Origin: Chrysomallon squamiferum
Taxonomy: Eukaryota; Animalia; Mollusca
Length of the DNA stretch: 64,000 nt
Direction: 5' to 3'
Assembly (NCBI GenBank): GCA_012295275.1
Contig: CM022665.1
Coordinates: 39,432,001 to 39,496,000, forward strand
The translations under genes were made by a program, and so were the position numbers. Positions 52,028-64,000 of this stretch are shown piece after piece; within the stretch, counting starts at the first letter, position 1, and each line of letters begins with the position of its first letter. The notes under the pieces are model-generated. The model saw only the letters and a program-made list of their open reading frames with translations, was not told where the DNA came from and did not search any database.

Positions 52028-53201
52028 AAAAAAAAAAATATATAATAAATTTCAAAAATGATGTAAAATAAATCAAAATGAACTAAAAAAAAAAAAAAAA
52101 AAATAAAAAAAAAAAAAAATAAAAAAAAATAATAATAATTAAAAATTTCAAAAATACAGTAATAAAATTAAATATAAAAAACCCATATGAATTAAAGTAA
52201 AAAAAAATTTTTTTTAAATAATATAAAATGAAATAGATAACAAAAATTAAATGAAATAACACAAGAAATGAATAAATAAAAATGTGAAAAAAAGGAGTAA
52301 ATATTAAGATGGAATAAAATTAGTAATAAATTAAATGAAAGTAAATTAAAAAATTGAAAATAAAATGAAAATGAAATAAAGTAAAAAATGTATTAAATTA
52401 AATATTTTTACTGAAGAGAAAACATAAAATTTAAGTAATGTGTATATATAAAATTTATAAATTATATAATATGATGATAAAAATGAAAAAAAATAAATCA
52501 AAACTGATAAAAGAAAAAGAAAATATTTTTTTAAAAAACTGTTTTTTTTTATTTAAGAGGAAATGAAAATAAACTGAAAAAAAAAAAAAATAAAAACAAA
52601 ATAAAAATAAAAATAAAAAAATGAAATAAAAATAGATGAAATAAAGAATTAAATTAAATTTAAATTAAAAAAAAAAAAAAAAAAAAAATGATTTTAAATA
52701 AAATAAAATGAAAAAGCTGCTGTATAAATAATTTTTAAAAAAGAAGAAAAACCCCCATCAGACCACAAAACCCCCAACAAATAGATGAAATAAAACTGAA
52801 ATCAAATAAAGTAAATAAAATAATTAAACAGATAAAATAAAATAAAATAAGGAAAAATTATAATTAATGAAAAAAAAAAATGAAATGATAATAACAATAA
52901 TAATTAAATTGAAATAATAAAATTAACAAAAAAAAAGTAAAAAAGAAAAAAAAGGCTATAAAATAACAAAATAAAAAACAAAACAAAACAAAATAACTGT
53001 ATGAACAATTTAAAAACAGAAAAAAAAAACTACTGCTACATATGTTAGAATTTTTTTTGTGTAAAAACGATATGTTGTTACTAACAATTAACCGATGGTG
53101 TAGAAATCGCAAGCTTCCTTTCACATTACATGTAATATTAATAATATTTTTTTAATTTCACAGTGAACTGAACAGAATGATTGCTTTAAAAAGCTGCATA
53201 C

Positions 53202-53318
53202 CTCATTCAGCTCATTCCTTTCCTGTACCAGCTGAGCAAGCAGACTGAAGATTTTCGCGTACTCTTCTGGCTGGCTGGGAGGTTCATTAGGAATGATGTA
53301 ATCTCCACTTTCTGTAAT
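53202..53318 (-). CDS. CCDC88: CCDC88 exon
   Basis: Reads ITESGDYIIPNEPP...QLVQERNELNE. 117 nt, phase 0-0, cag/gtatgc. Confidence 0.9.
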
Positions 53319-53877
53319 CTGTGAAAACAAATTTTTAATTATTTAATTATATTAAGTTTCATGTATTATTTATTTACTTTCTGGACTTCAAAATAGTCAA
53401 ATATTCCTTTATTTAAGAAATTAAAAGAAAAAAGTTAAATAAAATAATAATTATTATTTGAATGAATAATTGTTGCAATATATATAGACATACATAGGCA
53501 ATAAATAAATAAATCAAAATAAATTATTAGCTAAATGATAATTTTTATTAATAACAATATTTGGCTATTTTTTAGTATATAAGTAAATAATGCAAAATAT
53601 TTGATTTGAAAATGGATAAAGACAAAATAAATAAACAAACAAACAAATAAATAAATAAATAAATAATAAACACTTTATATATAATATTTTGATAGAGTAA
53701 AATTATTTGATTTTACTTTTGATTATCTGTAATAACTCCTTAGCTATACTTTATTATTACTTCAGACTTATTTTTCAAGCATTAAGTTTAAAAAAACAAA
53801 AAAAAAAAAAAAAAACAATTATAAATTACAATATAATTATTAAAAAATAAATAATAAATAAATAAATAAATAAATAA

Positions 53878-53928
<51 letters not shown>

Positions 53929-55245
53929 ATTAATTAAAATGAGAAAAGAAGAAAACATCTATAATCAAGGAAGAATTTCTCTAACAATCTCATTTTACTG
54001 AATTATTTTTCCCATTCATTTATAACCATCAATTTTCAATTAGTTTTACTTCTCAGCAGTTCTATTTAAGTGATAATTAACATGTTAACATGAAAATCTG
54101 CTATCTGTTAACAAAATCCCAAATTCCTGAATGAAAGAAACTAATGGACATTTAAACTCTATTGACACAAGTTTGAAATGCTAACACGAAAGAAACGTTA
54201 AACTGTAATGGACTTTTAAACAGAATAAAAATAGTATAAATCAATTAGGAAGCTGTTAAAGAAATTAATCATTTTGATGTTGTGAGACAAAGAAATGTAA
54301 ATAGCACACTCTCAGGTCAATAACACTTAAAATGGAGCTTGTATCACTCGTTTTTAATTCATTTCTTCTGTCAGTTTTGTAACCAAAGAACTGCTGATAG
54401 TGAGGGGAAATAACTCCATCCTCCTAATCATAAAATGTTTTAAAATTATCATTACAAGAAAAAATTAAATTCCATTTGGTATTGTGCCTATAGTATTTTA
54501 TTATCTTTTTGTCCATATATAAATATAATTTTTTTTTTTTTTTTTAATATTAGTATGTGTATATAGTATTATATTTAAGTACTAAGCATATGTATGTATT
54601 AGTGTGTGTGCACAGAAAATATAAAATATTGCATATCTGCCAGACATTTTTCACAGGAATTACGATTCTGCTACAGAAAATCCTTCTTCCACTCAAAATA
54701 ATATCTTGCTTATCCACATACGTATAATCAATGACAATACATTTTCATATTTTATGGAAAAGCTTTTAGTAAAATTATCCTCCATTAATCTGTAAGTAGT
54801 AGCCAATGCTATACAAATGATTTTTCAAAGAAAATGCACATTAAATGTGATTGTATGTTATGTTTGTTAAATGTATGGGGTCTCTCTGTCTTTCTTTATA
54901 TATGTGCATTTTTCTCTCTCTTAAAAGATTACACAAAAAACCAGTTTCTATCTGTGCAGTCTTTAAGTATACATGGTTGTTGTCTTTACTATTGCTGTTT
55001 CTATTATTAGTTATTTGTGTCATTACTTTTCCTGTCATTATTATTACTGTTATTAGTATTACTGTCATTGTTAGTATTAGCAATTATTACTATTATTATT
55101 GTCATTGTTGCTGATGCCATTAGCATCCTTACCAACATCATTACTGTTGTTATTATTAGTAGTATTATTATTCAGAAGATCTGCTGTTGGAATGAAAAGC
55201 TGAAATAAGTATTTATAACAAGATTTAGGTAACTGTTTTACAGAC

Positions 55246-55388
55246 CTCTTTGATGTGGTCGACGATGGCATGTTGAACATCAATCTCAAGCTTTTTGATA
55301 TTCTCAATGAACTCTTCTTTTCTCTCACACTGTACAGCACATCCAAGAATGAGAAGAAGCACTATACGAATCTCCTCAAAACTTGTAT
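55246..55388 (-). CDS. CCDC88: CCDC88 exon, HOOK domain
   Basis: Reads [55 protein letters not shown] is the HOOK-family signature. Confidence 0.96.
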
Positions 55389-55407
55389 CTGTAACAAACA
55401 ACAATAA

Positions 55408-55498
55408 AAATAATCAGAGTGAGAGAAGTAGATAGATAGATAGATAGATAGAGAGAGAGACAGAAGAATCAGACAGAAAACAGAAAGAGACACAGAAG

Positions 55499-55551
<53 letters not shown>

Positions 55552-55734
55552 CAGACAGAAGACAGAGAAAGAGAGGCAGAAGGTAGATAGATAGAGAGAC
55601 AGAAGAGATAGAAGACAGAAACAGAGACAGAAGATAGAGAGGGGAGAAAGAGAGAGAGAGAGACAGAAGACAGAGAAAGAGAGGCAGAAGATAGAGAGAG
55701 GGAGAGAGATAGAGAGAAGAGAGATAGACAGAAG

Positions 55735-55770
<36 letters not shown>

Positions 55771-55800
55771 AGAGAGCGAGAGAGAGAGAGAGAGAGGCAG
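55408..55800. repeat. Compound (GA)n/(GATA)n/GACA purine tract
   Basis: About 390 bp of almost pure purines on the + strand, filling over half of intron 55389-56103. Confidence 0.92.
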
Positions 55801-56103
55801 ATAACTGCTTAGATGAGAACTGTAATTATGATATAGCCATAGTAACAGAGATGTAAAACCTCATATATTTGTTTTGTAAATTAAAAGACTAATGAAAGAA
55901 ATAGAATTAAGAAGTCCAAAAAAAAAAAAAAGTATATCAGGAAGCTTTAAAAAGATATCTTGAAACAATATTTAGTCTTTGACAAAATCAGCAATTGTTT
56001 TAGTTTGCCTGAATTTTTTTTTTAGTTTCTTTTAAGCTAAATTAATACGTACATATGTATACGAGTTAGTATGCATATAATGTATGAAATGCCTAATTCT
56101 TAC

Positions 56104-56173
56104 CTTTGTTGGGATCATTGGCCACTGCATGTATATTTGGTAATCTTGCTATCAATAGCTGCTGCAGAACTTC
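56104..56173 (-). CDS. CCDC88: CCDC88 (Girdin/Daple) exon, HOOK domain; most 5' exon found in the window
   Basis: Reads EVLQQLLIARLPNIHAVANDPNK, like Daple/Girdin E(V/T)LQQLI...LPN. cag acceptor, gtaaga donor. Confidence 0.92.
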
Positions 56174-57227
56174 CTGAAAAAAATACAACACAACAAATTC
56201 AATCAACTTACAGTGAAATAAAAAAAAAAATTCTTAGTGTTATCAAAATAAAGTGCTGTTTTCTAAGTACCACTGTGGACCATCATTTTCTAGAGATCAA
56301 AGGTAAAGAACAACAAAACAAAAAAAGATCAAAGATGTACACCTGTATTGATTTCAAGGCTGGGAAGTTTATGTATTTCTCCTGTTTCCTACTGCTGTGC
56401 CATGGGGAGATAAATAATACTAATAAAAAAAAGAGTACTGAAAACAATCAAATATATAACACCAGCCTGCTACTAAGTGCTATTTCAGATACATTTCCAG
56501 TTAAAGCATTATTTTCACTTACTGTATCTGGATTAACTAGATGATAGAATATTTTTTATATACTGTTTTTATATTGGTGATGCTTAATAAACCTATATAA
56601 AAGTATTTTAATCAAAACCATTGATTTGTAAAAGTATTATATTGAAGTGTCCACGTGTATGTGTAAATAGGTGTGTGAGAAAGGGAGACAGAACAGAAAT
56701 ACAGAAAGACAGGAATAAAGAGGGATAGAGTCAGACAGACAAACAGACAGAGAGTGAAAGTAAGAGACAAAGAAAGATATCAAATAACAATGACAATACA
56801 AATGTGTCTCTTTAAGTTAAACTTTAACATTTTGAGCTCCATACGAACATATCAGATAATTCACATATTTGTTGGCAGTAATAAAAACATACACAAATGT
56901 CTTGTCTGAAAAATAGCCATGAAAATTACTGAACCACAAATACTTCTCATTTTGGTATGGGTATATAGTTTTCAATCCAGTAACTACTTATTTATGGTGG
57001 GGACAGTTTTATGTTAGAAAACGAGATACAAAAAGAGTGTTGTCATTAAATGTCACATTTCTTTTCTAAGAGGAAAATAACTGTATGCATCAAAGAAATG
57101 CACCTGTCAAAATGCTGATATATCATATGATATTTAACACACACATACACACACACAACCAATACATAACATATTTATACACACACAAACTGTTTGTTTG
57201 CTTGTATCATATATTTACTTATGTCAA

Positions 57228-57267
<40 letters not shown>

Positions 57268-57670
57268 CACCACCATACACAATTATAAGAGAAAAAAAGA
57301 AAGAAAAATGTTAACAAAAGAAAAAATGTAAAAAGAAAAACAAAATTAAGTTTTTATTTCACTAAAGTGGTCAACCAGTACAGAACAAAACATTAACGCA
57401 AAAATTAAAAAATTAAAATATTGAGTGTGCATTTCAAAATTTCAAAATACCATGTGTAAGAAGATATCTTATTATGGTTATGTCTGTATACTTATTTATA
57501 TTTATTGAGGGGAAAAAAAAAAAAAAAAAAAACAAACAAAAAACCCCCCCCCCCTCCTCTAGACTATAACAGAAACAAAATGAACTTGTATTATTCACAG
57601 CAAAGGTCATTACAACCTTGGTGTTCAAGCATTTTAATAATGATCAATGTCTTAGCTTAAATCTACCTTT

Positions 57671-57703
<33 letters not shown>

Positions 57704-60700
57704 TATATATACAAAATCATTATTATTAATAAGAAATATATTTAATTTTCTGTTCAATTTGAAGATGCCAAGTACATTTTTATATTATAAGTTTTCAATC
57801 CAGTTTATTTTATTTTCATATTTCATTTCAAATATATGTTTTAATCTAGACAGTTTAGCAGATTTATTTATTTATTTATTTATTAAATGTGATTTAATTT
57901 ATTCAAGATTTTAAATTATTTGTTTTTTTTAGCAGTTCCTTAAGCAGCATTTAAATTTCTCTTAAATGCTTATATTTATTTTTCATCATTCAATTTTGTG
58001 ATATTCACTTTCTTTTATCATGCTTTTTTCACTTTAAATCTCAAATGTTTGTATCTGAGTTTTTTTGTCTTTTATTTTAATATTTTATTGTATGTATCTT
58101 ACATATTTTCTGATTACTGTCACTGAAACAAGATTCTTTTTTGTTTGTTTTGCTGTTGTTTGTCTGAAGTATACTTAAACTGTTTAACTGTTTATTTCTA
58201 AATTTATTCTGTAAACACTTCAAATTAAGTGCCGCTTGTTTATGTTTTTATGACTAACTGACCATGTTTTTATAGCTCTTAATTCAATATTAACATGATT
58301 TTTTTTTTTTTAAATTTTACTTATAATGATGTATATTTTCTTGATGACTTTCTCTAATTATATATGAAGCTAAATAAATAAAGAAAGAAAATATAAAAAA
58401 AGAAAATTTTACAAAAAAAGAAGAATAATACAAAGTAATAATATTAATAATTAATCAGTTCTTAATTTAATTAATTGTTACAGATCAGCTGAAGGTACAA
58501 ACATGTCTAAATAAAGTAAAAAATATATAAATTGTCTAGTCCTAATAATTACAAAATATTTGTATAACTGCATTCAGTTTTTCAAATATTATTTTCAGAA
58601 ATCAATCTCAGTTGAGAACAGAAAACATGAGATAATATAAAAATGCAAAAGGCATAAAAAAAAAAAAAAAAAAAAAAAAAAATTAAAATTAAAATTAAAA
58701 CATAAATACAAAATTCGAAAAGGACAAGTGAAACCACCCCATTAACTCCAAAAATAAACCTGAAACATAAAACACTTTTTAATTTTTCCTCTTTTTCTTT
58801 CTCTTCTTTTATGTTTAAAATGTTTTTTAACTTAAAATACAAAAGAACTTTTTTTCCAAGCAGTATCTTTTAACATGACGGTAAGTACAAGGTCAGATTT
58901 CTCAACATGAACATGATGGGCTTTACACAGATTGAGTAGATGGATTATAACCACAGAATCCACTTGTCAAGTTGTCTGTCAGCTTCCAGAAACTGTTTCA
59001 GACAATAACAATATCAGAGCAAACTGTGCCAACTTGAATAACACCAAGATGAACTGAATATCGGTTTCTTTTCATTATTCTTTAATATAATTAATGTCTC
59101 ATTGTAATCGGATTACTGTGGTGGCAATTTTTTAACAGGCAGGTGGAAATTGGTTAAATGAACAGTTGTTGCTATAAAAGAAATAAAAAAAAACCACCCA
59201 AAACCCGTGTTTTTTTTTTAATATAATCCTTTACTTTAAGAATATGAGGTGACAGAAAAAAAATACTAACAGAAAAAATATATTAAAAATTAAAAAAATA
59301 ATAATAATGAAAGTAAATAAATAAAATTAAATAAAACATAAAACAAAATAAGAGTGATAAATAAATAAATAAAACAAAATAATAAATAAAGATAAAATAA
59401 TAAAAATAATATCACAGAAAATAAAGGTATTTTTATTACAGCAAATTTTTGCATATGTAAATTGAAAAAAAAATTGTAATTGTAACCTGTTCCTTCATTT
59501 TAAATAAATTCCTGGATAGTAAAGAAACAGATTACATGATCATTTAATTTTGACCTCAAGAAATGTTTAGCTAATATATATTATTTATACTTAATTTTAT
59601 TAAAATGTATAGTTCTTTTATGATTAATAATAATAATTATAATAATAAATAAATTTCGTTTAAACAAGTGTAAAATGTTCTATATCTGTATAACAAAGAT
59701 TTCAAACTAGTAACATGTAAAAGAATATCCTGAGCTAAAATTAAAGTTATTTTTATATCTATACTAGCAGATGTTTTTGAGCAATTTGTTCTTAAAATAG
59801 ATTTATATTTCAGTTATAAATAATTACTTACAAGAATAAATAGGACTTCTAAATATTGTTTGCTACACATTTAATTCATTCACAACCAAAAATACTGATT
59901 TCAGCTGAATTTAAGTAATCAATTTAGAATTTCTTTGCAACTAAATAATTCTGTTCATTTCATTAATAATAATTATTATTACAATAAAACTATTATTTAT
60001 AATAACTGAAAATCATTTATAATAAAATGTTTGCTGATTTTTACATTTAACAATTGCAAAAAATTAAAATAAATAGAAAATCTCATCAAAAAATATTATA
60101 ATTGTATAATTTGTATGCATGTGAAAAAAAATAACAAACAATAAAAAAAAAAATAATAATAAAAAATATAATTAAAAAATTGTTGAATGAACAATAATGT
60201 AGGAATGACTTAAAAATATAAATTGTTTTATCGTTTTTCATTTTAAATGAACATATAATACATAAGTAACTTTTAAATGATTCTTTTACATTGTTGTTGG
60301 GTTTTTTGTGGGTTTTTTTTTTCAAATGAATTAAACAGAGAAATTACTGAATACTCCTTCACATTACAAATACATGACATTATGCCAATGTAAAGAGATG
60401 TGAAGAGATCAAAGACTTGTTCTGAAACAACTGATCTAATGTGTTTTGTGTTCACAGACACCTGTTTAATCTTTATCCAGCCTCATCAGAAATGCATTTC
60501 TTTAAATTAGGAGATATTTTCCATGTTAACACATTGCAGAGAACTGTCAGTCTGGCTTTGATGTAGCTGTTAAGTGAATTTTGAAACTGTACAGAGTAAA
60601 CTAAAGATGGTACAAAAAAGACTGAAATACTGGGTTTGAACCTATAGAATTTAAAACATCTTAGTTACAAACAGATTTAGTTAAACAGGTTTGTAACACC

Positions 60701-60895
60701 AGGTTGTTTTAGCTATTTCATCTTTTGCAACATTAAATCTGCTGAATTAAAAATAACCCATAAAGATAACACACACACACATTTCCAAATACAAGTGCAG
60801 AAACACACTCACACACACATGTACACATAAAGATATATATTCACAATAAAATAAGTAAATACATACATGTTTACAAACATACAGCCATGGCACAA

Positions 60896-60930
<35 letters not shown>

Positions 60931-61299
60931 GATGATAAGATGGTATGAAATGATTTACACAAGTATCTTTATTTTACAGAAAAAAAAAGCATTTTCTAAA
61001 CATCCATCAGTTTCTTTTGCCCTTAATTTTATATACATGTATGTTTACCTGTGAATATACTTTTAACAGTTATTAATTTATACTAACACCTATCTGTTCA
61101 TACTGGATGTTATGTAATAACTACAATACAGTAGCTGATTACTCAACAGCCAAAATAATTACCTTGTAGGATGTGATAATTACTTCATGAAATAATAATG
61201 GCTGTATGTCAATATAAGGAACAGTATTCTATACAAAAATATAAGGTTGTTAATGAAACACAAAAATAACTGTCCAAAGTGTCATCTGAACAAGAACCA

Positions 61300-62135
61300 A
61301 TTACTTTTCAATATGGTTGTGTTAATAAGATTATATATATTTTGTGTACATACACATATACATATCAGATATAAAATGTTTACAAGGTGCCAGTATATTA
61401 ACACTACTGTACACATATATATTATTTCAATAAGCTTCAAAAGTTCAATAAGATTGTGTTAATACAGCTATACAGATTATAATATATACAAAGTGTAAGA
61501 CAACAACGATAAACTGTCAAAAGCATGATATTATATTAACAAGTATACTAAAACCTATTAATTTTCAATAACCTTCAATGCTGTTGAGTTAGTAAGACCA
61601 TATATATCATGTGTATATGTTAATTTGTGTCTAGCTAATAAAATATTTTCTTTCATAAGTTTGTGTATGTCACTAACATATGTTAATTTTCACTCAGATT
61701 AGAAGTTAATCTGGCTTTAATCTGTATTTGTTACAAAAGTGTTAATTTTAAGAATAACTAACAGAATTAGATGTACTGTGTTAAACATACATATATGTAT
61801 AAGTACATTTAATATTATGTTAACTTTCAAAATAGCTAATAACAATAGATATTCTGTGATAAGTATACATGTGTTATCCACTCAAATCAGTATCAAGATA
61901 TTTTATTTTAAACCCTTGTTCGTTACATGTCCGTTAATTTTCAGACTAATTGCTAACAATAGATACTTTGTTATACCTATATTTATTAGGCACATGTTCA
62001 TTTTCACTCAAACTTAACACAAGATGTTTTCTTGTAAATACAAATGTATTATGTGTGTGCTAATTTTCACACCTGTAAGTAATAAGATATCCTGCATAAT
62101 AGCTTGTAACAATAGATGTACTGTGATAAACAAAG
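61300..62135. repeat. Highly decayed tandem repeat
   Basis: Recurring GTTAATTTTCA and AACAATAGAT(a/g)T..TGTGATA motifs, e.g. near 61682, 61741, 61820, 61933, 62058 and 62108. Confidence 0.55.
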
Positions 62136-62414
62136 TAGAGAACAATGATAGTGCTCTATAATTACACCTGGAAATATATTTGAAACACTAGGTGCTATAA
62201 ATGATATTTTTTGTCACCACCTTCCATTGTTTTGACTGGGTTGAAACAGTTAAGATTTCACAATGAAATGTACAAAAAAAAAAAAAAAAAAGTAATAATA
62301 AATAAATTAAATAAATAAGTTAACAAATAATGCAAATAAATTATAAATAAATAAATAAATAGTAATAATAATACTATCGATAAATAACAACAACAATAAG
62401 AAGAATACTATTAC

Positions 62415-62462
<48 letters not shown>

Positions 62463-62568
62463 TAATAATAATAATAATAATTATAGAAATAAATAATTAA
62501 AAAACAATAATAAATTAAATTAATATAAAAATAAAGATAAAAAAAATAATAATTAAAAACAAAATAAT

Positions 62569-62599
<31 letters not shown>

Positions 62600-62736
62600 T
62601 ATGTATCCTTATTCCATGCATACTGATGAAAAACAGACCACTAACAACAAATATTCACTTAGGAACTTGTTAGACTACAGTTCTAAAAATTAAAACACTA
62701 CTACTATATGAAGATATCTGCTTGCATGTGTATTTA

Positions 62737-62777
<41 letters not shown>

Positions 62778-63146
62778 TTGTGGGCAAAAGAGCAATAGCC
62801 AGCCAGAATGTACAAGTATTAGACTTGATTTTCTGCATACTAAGTAAAAACAGATCACTATTATACACATATATTCATGTATGAACTTGCACGTGCCTGT
62901 ACCAATTAGACTGCAACATGTAACATGTAATCTAATATCAATACTAACAAAATAAATGGAATTACAACTGTCTAGTTACTCAATACTAATCAAAATATTA
63001 CCAGAAACCATGACCAGTGAGGTAGAAGAAATTCATAAACATAATGATGAAGTTGCATTACAGTAAACTCACAACAGAGAAAGAAAATATATCCTGATAT
63101 TTTGTAAAAGTAATATAAAAATTGGTTACTTCTTGAAAATAAACAA

Positions 63147-63177
<31 letters not shown>

Positions 63178-64000
63178 TATATATATAATAAAAACAAATT
63201 AATAAGAATGTGGCAATTGGTTAATTTATTCACATCCCAGCATGTCCTGATTTATAGTTCCATAAACACTATTATTCCATAAACTTTCAAGATTAATGTG
63301 TGTATGTGTGAAAAAAAAAAAAAAAATAAATAAATCAAACCATTTACTGTACAGATATATTGCAATGTATAGCAACTATCTGTTAATACTACTATTCATG
63401 GAACTACTACATTTTGAAGTAGTGGACAGCATTAAAACAAAATAAAGGATAATCATCATGATAGTAATAAATGTGTCTTCAATCATTTTCTTTTATAAGT
63501 TTCAAATAAAAAGGTAAAATAAAATGTAAACACCACATAAAAAAAAAAAGGATTATGATGATGGTAGTAAAAAGTTTCTCTTCAATAATTTTCAGTTGTT
63601 GTTGTTTGTTTTGCTCCATATACCACCAAAACAAAATACATAAACAATTGTTCTATACATAACTTTAAACAAAAATACAGACAAATCTCATATTTGCTAA
63701 CCAAAACAAAAAGTAATAAATTGGAATTTAAATTATACTGCAAAAACAATCAGTAAAAAAAATATTAATTTATTATTTTGGACCTGGCTATTCCATTACT
63801 GTCCATTTTGTACAAATTAGCTGCTATTGTGTACTAAAACCTTATCTGCCATAAAACAGCTAAACAAACCATTTCAGTATACACGGCTAAATGGTTCACT
63901 GAACAGCATTCAGCATTATATACTTGATTGATCATTCTCATTAACGATGTTAACAATAGCTGGCAGGGTTATTTGAAAAAAAAAAGAAAAAAAAAGTTTG

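Noticed and set aside
56174-64000. Search for the upstream CCDC88 exons; donor-like sites near 56520, 59486 and 61162
   Set aside because: None translates to the expected N-terminal HOOK sequence (like LRIQNL..LVRNIKTYYQ). These exons probably lie beyond the right edge.

Overview
This is AT-rich, microsatellite-rich, intron-containing animal DNA. An invertebrate, possibly a mollusc or other lophotrochozoan, is an inference only. The window holds two partial protein-coding genes in tandem on the minus strand. (1) A CCDC88-family (Girdin/Daple) gene: 23 GT-AG exons traced by hand from 56173 to the stop at 32749. They encode part of the HOOK domain, a long coiled coil, a G-alpha-binding (GBA) motif and a Daple-type C-terminal PDZ-binding motif WYEYGCV. 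Its first exons were not found in the window, and the exon at 40892-41661 carries a 1-nt frameshift. (2) About 12 kb downstream, the first three coding exons of an MSK kinase (RPS6KA5/RPS6KA4-like), which continues past the left edge. The CCDC88-then-MSK order matches two human paralogous loci, suggesting ancient microsynteny. Between the genes is a CpG-rich interval containing the MSK promoter, an unidentified coding-like segment, two diverged repeat copies and a near-perfect 93-nt hairpin. I found no rRNA, tRNA, CRISPR array or intact transposon, and no clearly novel multi-gene system. Most ORFs in the supplied track are low-complexity artefacts.
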